Positions 36,029-46,300 are shown, counted from the first letter of the stretch. The stretch: DNA of 64,000 nt from an uncultured Collinsella sp. (GCA_958421275.1 CATZLI010000010.1:417-64416); one strand, 5' to 3'. The notes: generated by a model from the letters alone, not told the origin. Numbers and translations: made by a program.

Positions 36029-37024
36029 TTAGGCGCCGACCTCGGGGGGCTCGGGAACATTGGTGTCGCCCGTGCGGTCGCCGATGCAGATCTGCCACAG
36101 CTCAGTCCAGGTGCCGTCGTCCTCGATCTTCTTAAGGAAGTCGTTGACAAAGGCAACGCCGTCGGAATCGAGCGGCAGACCGATGCCATAAGGCTCCTTG
36201 CTGCCGAAGGGCTTGCCGGCGATCTTGTACTTACCGGGCTCGCGGACCAGGGCGCTCTGCTGCATGTTGTTATCGATGACGTAGGCGTCAACGCGGCCCT
36301 GCTGGAGTGCCTGGCGGGCCTCCTCGTCGGTCTTGAACTCCTGCTGGCTGGCCTTGGGGGCGAACTCCTCCAGGATGGCGGGGCCGTTGGAGCCGGACTG
36401 GACGGCGACGTTCTTGTCGGCCAGGTCGTCGACGCTCTTGATGTCGTCGTTATCGGCGAGCACCAGGATAGCCTGCTGGGTGTAGTAGTAGGGACCGGCA
36501 AAGGAGACGAGCTTCTTGCGCTCGTCAGTGATGGTGTAGGTGGCAAAGACAGCGTCGACCTGGCCGTTCTGCAGGACGGACTCACGCGTGTCCGAGGTCA
36601 CCTGGGTGATCTCGACCTTGTTCTCACCCAGAATGTAGTTGGACAGGAGCTGTGCGATACCGGCATCGAAGCCGCGGGTCTGACCGTCTTTCTCGTTGAG
36701 GAGGGAGAAGAGCGTGGAGGTCTGAACGCCACCGATCTTAAAGACGCCGGCGTCCTTGACGGCCGTCGCCCAGGTGCTGGCGGCGATGGCGTCGTTATCG
36801 GCTTTGGGACCGTTGCCGACGAGCTTGTCGAATGCCTTAGCGTCGAGCGTGGTGGAAGCCTCGGTATCATTGGAGCTCTTGGAGGAGCCGGCGGCGGAAC
36901 CCTTGTCGGCCTCGGCGCTGGTGTCGGAGCAGCCGGCAAGACCAAGGCCGGCGACGGTTGCGAAGGTGGCGGCAACGAAGCCGCGGCGGTCGAGAACGAC
37001 CTGCTGGGAGAGGTTCTTGCTCAT
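36029..37024 (-). CDS. Amino-acid ABC transporter substrate-binding lipoprotein
   Basis: Lipobox LAGCSD, a Ser/Ala-rich linker, then a family-3 solute-binding domain. Confidence 0.85.
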   Translation of the reverse strand: MSKNLSQQVVLDRRGFVAATFATVAGLGLAGCSDTSAEADKGSAAGSSKSSNDTEASTTLDAKAFDKLVGNGPKADNDAIAASTWATAVKDAGVFKIGGVQTSTLFSLLNEKDGQTRGFDAGIAQLLSNYILGENKVEITQVTSDTRESVLQNGQVDAVFATYTITDERKKLVSFAGPYYYTQQAILVLADNDDIKSVDDLADKNVAVQSGSNGPAILEEFAPKASQQEFKTDEEARQALQQGRVDAYVIDNNMQQSALVREPGKYKIAGKPFGSKEPYGIGLPLDSDGVAFVNDFLKKIEDDGTWTELWQICIGDRTGDTNVPEPPEVGA

Positions 37025-37140
37025 GGGAGAACACCTTTCTCAATAAAATCCCTAGCGGTTGAGTAGAGTTATACCCTATCCCGCTCAAATGGGTCAACAC
37101 GAAATAACTCAGAAACATACTTACCTTATGGGTTATTCTA

Positions 37141-37175
37141 CCTACCAAAAAGGGACAGGCACCTTTGTGGCGGTT
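37141..37175 (+). repeat. GGGACAG-core palindromic repeat, variant B, copy 1
   Basis: CCTACCAAAAAGGGACAGGCACCTTTGTGGCGGTT shares 25 identical nt (GGGACAGGCACCTTTGTGGCGGTTC) with 58694-58727. Confidence 0.85.
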
Positions 37176-37207
37176 CTTGCAGATGTGGTGGCCTGTCTCG
37201 CTGCTTT

Positions 37208-37344
37208 GTCTCAATCTGTAACATCTGCAGCCGTTTTTGCCGAGTAACTGTTACAGATCGAGATTTTCTCTTCAGGGGAATTCGAATGTCTCGATCTGTA
37301 ACAGTTAGACGGGAATTCAGGCCATAGATGTTACAGATTGAGAT
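37208..37344. repeat. Array of four 16-bp motifs TCTC(A/G)ATCTGTAACA(T/G) in alternating orientation
   Basis: Copies at 37209-37224 (+), 37248-37263 (-), 37289-37304 (+) and 37328-37343 (-). Copy 1 equals the reverse complement of copy 4 exactly, and copy 3 equals the reverse complement of copy 2 exactly. Confidence 0.85.
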
Positions 37345-37356
37345 AATCGCGTCGCG

Positions 37357-37400
37357 AAAATAAAAACCTCCGCAGGGATGCTTTCCTTGCGGAGGTTTTC
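37357..37400 (-). terminator. Intrinsic terminator of dxs
   Basis: The minus strand reads GAAAACCTCCGCAAGG-AAAGCATC-CCTGCGGAGGTTTTTATTTT directly after the dxs stop codon. Confidence 0.8.
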
Positions 37401-39182
37401 TTACTCGTTGAGTAGCCTTACGGCTTCGGCGGCCATGTTCTCGACCGTCATGCCGTTCTGCGCGAGCAGTTCGTTGGGATCGTAGCGGTCGGGAAAGCCC
37501 TTGGCGATGCCAAAGGTGCGCGTGCGCAACGGCGTGCATGCCAGATAGCATGCCACGCGCTCGCCCCAGCCGCCGTCCAAGATGCCGTCCTCGAGGGTGA
37601 CGACGACGCGATGCTCGGCGGCAAGACTGTCGAGGAACTCGCGGTCGAGCTCGGTTGCAAAGCGCGGGTTGACGAGCGTGGCCTCGATGCCGTACTCGGC
37701 AGTCAGACGGTTTGCCACGCGCTCACCCAGCTCAAAGAAATCGCCAAGCGCGAGCACGGCAACGTCGCGGCCCTGACGCACCACGTTGTAGCGAACGGCG
37801 CTGTAGTCGGTGTCTTCGGTGGGCGCAAGGTCGGGGCGGCTTACCAGACCGATGCCCGGTACGCGGATTGCCACGGGATGCTCGCGGTGGTCGAGCGACC
37901 AGCTCAGCATGGACAGATATTCCTCCATGCAGGCCGGCGCCAAGTAGTGCATGTTGGGAAGACCGCCCAGCATGGAAATATCAAAGAACGAAAGGTGCGT
38001 CTCGGACGTGGTGCCAAAGATCGACGCACCAAACACCAAAATGGTTGCCGGGGCGTCGTTGAGGCACAGGTCGTGCCACAGCTCGTCGTAGGCGCGCTGC
38101 AAAAACGTGCCGTACACACCAAAGACTGGCTTGGCGCCCGAGCGAGCAAGCGCGGTGGCAAAGGTCACGGCGTGCTCCTCGGCAATGCCCACATCGACGA
38201 ACTGTTTGCCGGCGGCAGCGCGAAGCTCGGGCGTAAAACCCATGATGTAGGGCGTGGCGGCCGTGATGCCCACGACCTGCGGATCGCGCTCGATGGCGGC
38301 ACTGAGCGCCTCGCCCGTAATGTCGGCATAGGTGCGCGGCGCAGGCTCGCTCGGATGGCCCGGGCAGAGCTTGCGCCCGGTCGCCATGTCAAACGGACCC
38401 ACGTGGTGCCAGCGCTCGGGGTCGCTTTGGGCTGGCTCAAAGCCCTTGCCCTTGGCGGTGGAGACGTGCAGCACGATGGGATGATCGATATTGCGCAGTT
38501 CCTGCAGCGCGTCGACGAGGGCCAACACATCGTTACCGGCGTCCAGATAGCGGTAGTCGAGCCCCATCGCGCGGAAAACGTTGCGCTCGCAGGTGCCGTT
38601 GCTGGCGCGCAGCTCGGCCAGATTGCGATACAGGCCGCCATGGTTCTCGGCAATGGACTGGTCGTTATCGTTGACGATGATGATCAGGTTGCTATCGAGT
38701 TCGGCGGCATTGTTAAAGCCCTCAAACGCCAGGCCGCCCGAAAGCGAGCCGTCGCCAATGATGGTGATGACGTTGTACGCATCGCCCGCCAGGTCGCGAG
38801 CGTGCGCTAGGCCGCAGCCCAGGCTCACCGAGGTCGAGGTGTGACCCATGGCGAACAGGTCGTGCTCGGACTCGTCGGGATTGGCAAAGCCAGAGGCCTC
38901 GCCGTAGCGTGCCGGGTCGATATAAGTGTACGCGCGCCCGGTCAGCGCCTTATGGGCGTAGGTCTGGTGCGAAACGTCAAAGACAATTTTGTCGATGGGG
39001 GAGTTAAACACGCGATGAAGCGCAACCGTAAGCTCAACGACGCCCAGGTTGGGGGCAACGTGCCCGCCGACGGCGGCGGAGCTTTCGAGGATGGCGTGGC
39101 GAATCTCGTCGCAGAGCTGCGGGAGCTCGGCACGATTAAGAGCCTTGACGTCCTCGGGCGTTGTCGTTTGCGTAAGCAGCAT
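37401..39182 (-). CDS. dxs: 1-deoxy-D-xylulose-5-phosphate synthase
   Basis: Typical Dxs N-terminus (L..L..LC.EIR, GGHVAPNLGVVELTVALH, DVSHQTYAHKALTGR) and the TPP motif GDGSLSGG. Confidence 0.9.
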   Translation of the reverse strand: MLLTQTTTPEDVKALNRAELPQLCDEIRHAILESSAAVGGHVAPNLGVVELTVALHRVFNSPIDKIVFDVSHQTYAHKALTGRAYTYIDPARYGEASGFANPDESEHDLFAMGHTSTSVSLGCGLAHARDLAGDAYNVITIIGDGSLSGGLAFEGFNNAAELDSNLIIIVNDNDQSIAENHGGLYRNLAELRASNGTCERNVFRAMGLDYRYLDAGNDVLALVDALQELRNIDHPIVLHVSTAKGKGFEPAQSDPERWHHVGPFDMATGRKLCPGHPSEPAPRTYADITGEALSAAIERDPQVVGITAATPYIMGFTPELRAAAGKQFVDVGIAEEHAVTFATALARSGAKPVFGVYGTFLQRAYDELWHDLCLNDAPATILVFGASIFGTTSETHLSFFDISMLGGLPNMHYLAPACMEEYLSMLSWSLDHREHPVAIRVPGIGLVSRPDLAPTEDTDYSAVRYNVVRQGRDVAVLALGDFFELGERVANRLTAEYGIEATLVNPRFATELDREFLDSLAAEHRVVVTLEDGILDGGWGERVACYLACTPLRTRTFGIAKGFPDRYDPNELLAQNGMTVENMAAEAVRLLNE

Positions 39183-39410
39183 CGTTGTGGGTTACTCCAT
39201 GCGAATCGAGCGCCGGCGCTCCCTCGGCCGACACAATTGCACAAGACAGTCTCGCACATTTTGGCGTTTGATATGTGACGGCGGCGCGGTAATTCGCCAA
39301 CTGGTGGGGCAAAACGTTTTGTCCGATGCCATACTGATGTGTTCCATGATGTTTTTATCGATCGTGCACAGGCTGTGGCTTGCCGCCGTGAGCCGCTGGA
39401 GGGAGGCAGC

Positions 39411-39947
39411 ATGTCCGATGCCGTTCGTGCCGAGAAAATCGCGCGCGAAGTAGACCATGCTGCCCGTCAACTGGCACAGGCGGGCCGTCTGGACCTGACG
39501 CGCGAGTTTATCCAGCATGGCGACGTGACGGTCTATGCGCATGTGACTTCGGTAGCGCGGGCGAGCCTGTCCTTTGCCGAGCGCCTGGGCCGCGTCGGTG
39601 TTTCGGTCGACCGTGCCTCGCTGCTGCGCGGAGCCCTGTTACACGATTACTTTCTCTACGATTGGCACGACCCAGACCCGAGCCATCGACTGCACGGATT
39701 CCGGCATCCATTTTTTGCTCTGGCGCGTGCCGAGGAAGATTTTGATCTGACGCCGCGCGAGCGGAATATTATCGTGCGCCATATGTTTCCGCTGGTGCCG
39801 GTGCCGCCGACGTGTCGTGAGGCATGGATTGTGTGCCTGGCGGATAAATGGTGCGCTCTGCGCGAGACGATCGCCGGCCGTCTGCCGCGCAAGGACGAGG
39901 CAGACGATGGCGTGAGCGGCGAATCGAGCGAAAAGAGGAGAGGGTAG
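39411..39947 (+). CDS. HD-domain phosphohydrolase
   Basis: ALLHDYFLYDWH HD motif. The ATG at 39411 follows GGAGGGAGG. Confidence 0.7.
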   Translation: MSDAVRAEKIAREVDHAARQLAQAGRLDLTREFIQHGDVTVYAHVTSVARASLSFAERLGRVGVSVDRASLLRGALLHDYFLYDWHDPDPSHRLHGFRHPFFALARAEEDFDLTPRERNIIVRHMFPLVPVPPTCREAWIVCLADKWCALRETIAGRLPRKDEADDGVSGESSEKRRG

Positions 39948-39950
39948 ACG

Positions 39951-40970
39951 GTGGGGACCGCGATTGATATGGCGTTTGGCAGCGCGACGCTTGCCGCCTG
40001 CCCACTCTCGGCACTGGTGCTCTCGTTTGCCTTTTACGGGTTTTGCGGTTGGGCATGGGAGTCGACAGTATGCGCCATGCTCAATCACGGACGATTTGCC
40101 AACAGTGGCTTTTTGCTGGGGCCGTGTTGTCCTATCTATGGTGTGGGCGGCATTGCCTGCTGGCTGCTGTTGCGCGGGATTCCGGATGCCTCGAGCCAGT
40201 TTGTCGCTGCAGCGCTCGTATGCAGCGTGATTGAGTACAGCGTAGGCGTGCTGTTGGAAAAAACAACGGGCGCTCGCTTTTGGGACTATTCGCATCTGCC
40301 GTTTAACCTGCACGGACGTATCTGTCTGTACTGGGCCTGCGCGTTTGGCCTGGGTGCGTTGTGCATTTGCCGTTTAGTGGAGCCGGCATTGCTGGGGCTG
40401 CTTGGCCATCTGCCGGTGCTGATTGTGCGGTTGTCCGCCTTTATCGTCGCGGTCGCGATGATGGTCGACGCGTTGTGCTCATTGGCGAGCTGGCGGCGTC
40501 TGTCTGATCAGCTGGAGCGCGTCCGGGCCGACCTTGCCGACCGCATCAACGAGTCGCTTGCCGACGCGTCCGACTCAATGCTCGAGCGCATTCCCGATTC
40601 TACGATTGACTCGGTGGCACAGACGCACATCCGTAGCCGTGCCGTTAACGCGTGGCTGGCCGAGCTGGGTGACGCCGCGCTCGATGCCCTGCGCGAGAAG
40701 GCTTCGATGCCGACGTTTATCGCGGATGGTGCTCGCGGCCTGGCGCTTGCCGCCCGCCGCGTGGCCGATGCCGCGCCGAACATGCCGCGTCCGTCGCTCA
40801 GTCGTCGCCTTGCCGGCAAGCGCATGAGCCGTCCGGTGCCAAGCGTGTCGCTCAGCCGACGCGACCTGCGCTTCTTCAATGCCTTCCCGCGTCTGCGCAT
40901 CAATCGCTACGAAGGTGTCATTCGAGCAACTAATCTCCGCGACCGCGCCCACGAGCTGTTTCGGCGCTAG
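39951..40970 (+). CDS. Polytopic membrane protein, PF06541-like ('putative ABC-transporter type IV'), with an Arg/Ala-rich cytoplasmic tail
   Basis: FYGFCGWAWESTVCAM and GPCCPIYGVGG match the family. GTG start 4 nt after the HD gene stop codon. Confidence 0.6.
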   Translation: MGTAIDMAFGSATLAACPLSALVLSFAFYGFCGWAWESTVCAMLNHGRFANSGFLLGPCCPIYGVGGIACWLLLRGIPDASSQFVAAALVCSVIEYSVGVLLEKTTGARFWDYSHLPFNLHGRICLYWACAFGLGALCICRLVEPALLGLLGHLPVLIVRLSAFIVAVAMMVDALCSLASWRRLSDQLERVRADLADRINESLADASDSMLERIPDSTIDSVAQTHIRSRAVNAWLAELGDAALDALREKASMPTFIADGARGLALAARRVADAAPNMPRPSLSRRLAGKRMSRPVPSVSLSRRDLRFFNAFPRLRINRYEGVIRATNLRDRAHELFRR

Positions 40971-41230
40971 CCGGGACGGGCGCGCTCGCGGCTTCCTTGC
41001 TCGCGTATTTCCCGTTGGTTTCGCGCCCGTTGCCGCGCCGTTTCCAAGATTGCGGTGCCGTTGGAGACGGCAAGAGTTGGGTCGAGCCGGTCGAGGAGGT
41101 TATCCGCATCCGCGCCGGCGAACATGGCCCCTCTGCGGTGTAGGACAATCTTTCGCCTGACGGGCGTGCCTCTCTTGGGATGCGCCCGTTCTCGTCTACA
41201 ATATCGTGCAGACGAAGGAGAGGCGTATCC

Positions 41231-42088
41231 ATGATCAAGATGTTTGCGAGTGACTTAGACGGAACGCTGCTGAACGCCCTGCACGAGGCAGATGGGACCA
41301 TCCGCCGTGCCATTCGCGAGCTGACCGAGGCCGGCCTGCATGTGGTTCCCGCGACCGGGCGCTCGACGCTGCCGATTGGCGAGCATGGCTTTACGGGCCT
41401 GGCACTCGACGCCTGCTGCTCCAATGGGTCCATCGTGCGCGACAGCCATGGCGAGGTGCTCAGGACCTGGACCATCGACTCGCAGATTACCGAGGAGCTG
41501 CTCAAGGAGTTTCCGGATATCTGTTTTGACTGCTCCACGCCCGATGGCATGTTCTCGAGTGGATCGTTCGAGATGCACCAGGCAGGCTTTAAAAAAGACA
41601 GTCCTATCAAGCGCATCGTGATGCGCGGTATGCGTGCACGTGGCGGGTACCACGAGGAACAGTATTTCGACCAGTCGATCGGTGACATCCTGCGCCACGA
41701 TGTGTGCAAGATCAACTGTCGCGTGACCTCGCCCGAGCTGGAGCGCGACCTTAAGGCGTATTTGGCCGAGCGCTCGGACCGTGTGGTCAACGCGCCGTTT
41801 GATCCGGTGATGTTCGAGATCACGGACGTGGCGTGCAACAAGGGCGAGAGTGTGGCCTGGCTGGCGGGCTACTACGGCATTGCCGAGGACGAGGTCGCGG
41901 TTTACGGAGACGGCGGCAACGACATTGCCATGCTCAAACGCTTCCGCCATAGCTACGCGACCAAAAACGGCAGTGACGCGGCCAAGGCCGCCGCGAGCGC
42001 GACTATCGGTAGCTGCATGGCCCACGCCGTTCCCAAACACATGCTTGCCACCATGCACAAGCAGAATTCCTGCACCGTAATCGAATAA
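41231..42088 (+). CDS. Cof-type HAD-IIB family hydrolase
   Basis: MIKMFASDLDGTLLN (DxDGT motif I) and C-terminal GDGGNDIAM. An AAGGAGAGG RBS lies upstream. Confidence 0.85.
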   Translation: MIKMFASDLDGTLLNALHEADGTIRRAIRELTEAGLHVVPATGRSTLPIGEHGFTGLALDACCSNGSIVRDSHGEVLRTWTIDSQITEELLKEFPDICFDCSTPDGMFSSGSFEMHQAGFKKDSPIKRIVMRGMRARGGYHEEQYFDQSIGDILRHDVCKINCRVTSPELERDLKAYLAERSDRVVNAPFDPVMFEITDVACNKGESVAWLAGYYGIAEDEVAVYGDGGNDIAMLKRFRHSYATKNGSDAAKAAASATIGSCMAHAVPKHMLATMHKQNSCTVIE

Positions 42089-42117
42089 TGTGACAAAGGG
42101 ACAGCCCTTTTGTCACA
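42089..42117. repeat. GGGACAG-core hairpin, variant C, copy 1
   Basis: TGTGACAAAGGG-ACAG-CCCTTTTGTCACA begins one base after the HAD stop codon. Confidence 0.85.
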
Positions 42118-42238
42118 GGTGACGCTGGTCTCTTGAAATACGAACAAACATTCGCATATCTAACTGCGCTTTGATAGAATTGATACTGTTGGCGGCAGTT
42201 CCATGTGCCGGGCAACGCCCTCCATCTGATGGGAGGTG

Positions 42239-42370
42239 ATGCCCATGACCGATCTGATTGATTTCGTGAGACTTCTGACCGCTTTGGTCTCGTTCTCCAC
42301 GGCGCTCGTCGGGCTTTCCGAGGCACTCAAGCAACGTTCGAAGCAACGTAAAAGGGGTCGCCGCCGCTAA
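42239..42370 (+). CDS. Candidate 43-aa hydrophobic peptide with a poly-basic tail (type I toxin-like); not in the ORF track because it is under 60 aa
   Basis: MPMTDLIDFVRLLTALVSFSTALVGLSEALKQRSKQRKRGRRR. The GGGAGG SD (42231-42236) lies 2 nt before the first ATG (42239) and 8 nt before the second (42245). CCCTCC (42218-42223) can pair with the SD. Confidence 0.4.
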   Translation: MPMTDLIDFVRLLTALVSFSTALVGLSEALKQRSKQRKRGRRR

Positions 42371-42522
42371 GGCGTTGACCCCTTAATCCAAGCAACGGCG
42401 CTGCCCAGCTTTCCAGAACTTGGGCTGCCGTCGACACTATTCTACCCACGAATGACATTTTGAACAATCGGCAATGCCGCTCCAAAAGCCAGGCACAACT
42501 GGCACAACCTAGGCGGTCGCTG

Positions 42523-42554
42523 AATGTGACAAAGGGACTGCCCTTTGTCACATT
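42523..42554. repeat. GGGACAG-core hairpin, variant C, copy 2
   Basis: AATGTGACAAAGGG-ACTG-CCCTTTGTCACATT, a perfect 14-bp stem. Confidence 0.85.
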
Positions 42555-42644
42555 CCAAATATTGCCTTTACGTGTTGATACACACGGTGTGCAATAATAC
42601 TCGCACTGTGCAATAGCGTACAGTCTGAGTAACAAGGAGGACGC

Positions 42645-43355
42645 TTGTCCCAGCTCGAGAAATGTGATCGCCGGTCCCTTCGCTCGCAGCGCGCCCTTCG
42701 CCAGGCGCTTGCCAGCGAGCTTGCCGAAAGCGGCGACCTTTCGCGCATTAACGTCGCGTCGCTCACCGAGCGCGCCGGTCTTACGCGTCGAACGTTCTAT
42801 TCGCACTACCGCGATATCCCCGACTTTATCAGCCAGATCGAGGACGGCCTGCTTGCCGAGATTCGCGAGCGGGTGGAGCTTATCACCGCAGCTCAATTAC
42901 CCGATCTTTACCGCAACATCGACGAGCTCGAGCCGGCACCCGGTTCGGTTGAGCTGCTTCGCTATCTTGCGGCTAATCGCGACCTTATCGGGGCCCTACT
43001 GGGCCCGGGCGGCGACCCCGCCTTTATTAAAAAGATCATCGATACCGCACGCGAGGCCGTGGTGCCGCGTGCACAGACGGGCATCTTGGGCCTGGCACTG
43101 GGCACCTTCTTTGACTACTACGTTACCTATGTCGTGAGTGCCGAGGTCGGCCTGATTCAGCGCTGGTTTGAGCGTGGGCTCACCGAATCGCCCGAGACCA
43201 TGGCGCGCATTATGACGGTTATCGCCTTTGTGCGCCCCGGCGACCTGTATGGCCAACCCATCGATATCAACGTGCCGGAATACGGCATGAAGCTATTGAA
43301 TCTGCAGCTCGAGGACGCGGTCGACACCACCGCAACCGTCGAGTCCAACAACTAA
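42645..43355 (+). CDS. TetR/AcrR family transcriptional regulator
   Basis: HTH region INVASLTERAGLTRRTFYSHYRDI. TTG start. It ends 11 nt before the giant activase-type gene. Confidence 0.8.
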   Translation: MSQLEKCDRRSLRSQRALRQALASELAESGDLSRINVASLTERAGLTRRTFYSHYRDIPDFISQIEDGLLAEIRERVELITAAQLPDLYRNIDELEPAPGSVELLRYLAANRDLIGALLGPGGDPAFIKKIIDTAREAVVPRAQTGILGLALGTFFDYYVTYVVSAEVGLIQRWFERGLTESPETMARIMTVIAFVRPGDLYGQPIDINVPEYGMKLLNLQLEDAVDTTATVESNN

Positions 43356-43366
43356 GAGGAGAGACA

Positions 43367-46300
43367 ATGAGCAAACTCGTCGAGGGCATCAAGGACCGCA
43401 TGGTCGCTGCCGCACGCGAGGCCGCGCCCGCCGTGGTGGACGCCGCGCAGAAGGCCGCGACCGCAGCTGCCGAGAAAGTTGCCGAGGCAGTTGCCGATGC
43501 CAAGAACGCGGCAGGGGAGACGTCCGTCGCTAGCGGGCCCGCCACCGCCGCTGAGCCCGTAGCCGCCGCCCAGGCCCCCGAAGGCGCGATCTTCAACCCC
43601 GAGGCCGCCCGCGGCAACCTGCACCTGGGCATCGACGTGGGCTCCACCACCGTTAAGCTCGCTGTGCTCAACGACGACAACCAGATTGTCTACGCCAAGT
43701 ACCAGCGTCACCACACCGACGTCCGCGCTTGCGCCCGCGACTTGTTCGAGGGCGCTGCGACCGTGCTGCCGACGGCCCAGATGACCTGCGCCATTACCGG
43801 CTCGGGCGGCCTGCTGCTGTCCCAGTGGCTCGACCTGGAGTTTGTCCAGGAGGTCATTGCCAGCAAGCGCGCCGTCGAGACTCTCATCCCGGCCACCGAT
43901 GTTGCCATCGAGCTGGGCGGCGAGGACGCCAAGATCATCTACTTCGACAACGGCATCGAGCAGCGCATGAACGGCACCTGCGCCGGCGGCACGGGCGCCT
44001 TCATCGACCAGATGGCCACTCTGCTGCACACCGACGCCAGCGGCCTTAACGAACTCGCGGCCAACGCCACCACCATCTATCCCATTGCCAGCCGCTGCGG
44101 CGTTTTTGCCAAGACCGACGTGCAGCCGCTGCTCAACGAAGGCGCCCGTCCCGAGGACGTGGCCGCCTCCATCTTCCAGGCTGTCGTGACCCAGACCATC
44201 TCGGGCCTGGCGTGCGGCCGTCCCATCCGCGGCAACGTCGCCTTCCTGGGCGGCCCGCTGCAGTATCTCTCCGAGCTGCGCCATCGCTTCTACCTCACGC
44301 TCAACCTGGACGAGGAGCACCGCATTGTGCCCCAAAACGCCCACCTGTTTGTGGCGAGCGGCGCCGCCATGGCGCATGAGTCCAACAAGCTCAGCACGTT
44401 CCCGCAGCTCATCGAGGCTATCGATGCCCTGGGTGACACACAGGGTGCCGAGGTCGAGCGCCTGGATCCGCTCTTTGCCACCGACGAGGACTTCGCCGAG
44501 TTCAAGGGTCGCCACGACACCGAGGTCGTCCCCAAGGGCAAGCTCGACGGCTACGCCGGCCGCGTGTTCATCGGCATCGACGCCGGCTCCACCACCATGA
44601 AGGCCGCACTCGTGGGCGAGGACGGCCAGCTGTTGCACACCTGGTACGGCAATAACAACGGTGACATCCTGGGCACGGCCAAGGTCATCATGGCTGATTT
44701 CTACAACCACATCCCCGCGGGCTGCACCATTGGCCACGTGACCACCACGGGCTACGGCGAGGCGCTGCTCATCGAGGCCCTCAAGGCCGATTCCGGCGAG
44801 ATCGAGACCGTTGCGCACCTGCGCGGCGCCAAGGCATTCCTGCCCGGCGTCGAGTTCATCCTGGACATCGGCGGCCAGGACATGAAATGCCTGCGCGTCA
44901 AGGACGGTGTTATCGAGCACATCATGCTCAACGAGGCCTGCTCGTCGGGTTGCGGTAGCTTTATCGAGAGCTTCGCCGTCTCTATGAACATGGACGTGCG
45001 CGCGTTCGCCGATGCCGCCATCCATGCTAAGGCCCCCGTCGACCTGGGCAGCCGCTGCACGGTCTTTATGAACTCGCGCGTCAAGCAGGCGCAAAAGGAA
45101 GGCGCCACGGTGGGCGATATCGCGGCAGGTCTGTCTTATTCCGTCATCAAGAATGCCCTGTTCAAGGTCATTAAGCTGCGCGATCCCAAGGAGATCGGCA
45201 GCCAGGTAATCGTCCAGGGCGGCACCTTTATGTCCGATGCCACGCTGCGCGCGTTTGAGCAGCTCACCGGCGTTCATGCCGTGCGTCCCGACATCGCTGG
45301 CTGCATGGGCGCCTACGGTGCGGCCCTGCTCGCCCGCGATCGCGCCGGCGCCGACGGCACTTCGACCATCCTTTCGGCCGAGGACATCGCGCACCTCACC
45401 GTGACGCAAAAGCATGTCCGCTGCGGCCGTTGCTCTAACAACTGCCAGCTCACCGTCAACGACTTTGGCGGCGGCAGGCGCTTCATTACCGGTAACCGCT
45501 GCGAGAAGGGCGCCGGCCACAAAAAGCAGAAGACCGAGGCCCCCAACCTCTTCAAAAAGAAAAACGATCTGCTGTTTAACCGCGAGGTGCTGAGCCCCGA
45601 CGAGGCCCCGCGCGGCACCGTCGGCATCCCGCGCGCACTCAACATGTACGAGAACTACCCCTTCTGGCATGCGTTCTTTACGCGCCTGGGCTTTAGCGTG
45701 CAGCTGTCCGACCAGTCGAGCAAAAAGACCTACCAGGCGGGCATCGAGTCCATGCCGTCCGAGAGCGTGTGCTATCCGGCCAAGATGAGCCACGGCCACG
45801 TGATGAACCTCATCGACCGTGACGTCGACTTTATCTGGATGCCGTGCGTGCGTTGGGAGCGCAAGGAGGATCCGACTGCCGGTAACTGCTATAACTGCCC
45901 CATCGTCATGAGCTACCCCACGGCGCTGGCGCTCAATATCGACGAGATTCGCGAGCAGAACATCGAGTTCCTGTACCCGTTTGTGCCCTATCACGACAAG
46001 ACCGAGCTCAAGCGCCGTCTGTACCAGGTACTCGCCGTCGACCGTGTGGCCGATGCTGAGGCCGGTCGCGGTCGCGTGCGCGGTCCCAAGATCACGCGCT
46101 CCGAGGTCGATGCCGCCGTCAACGCTGCTTTTGAGGCCGATGCGCGTTTCCACGAGGACATCCAGACCATGGGCGAGGAGGCTCTCAAGTGGGTCGAGGA
46201 CCACGGCGGCCACGGCATCGTACTCGCCGGTCGTCCCTACCATAACGACCCCGAGATCAACCACGCCCTGCCCGAGCTTATCTCGAGCTTTGGCTTTGCG

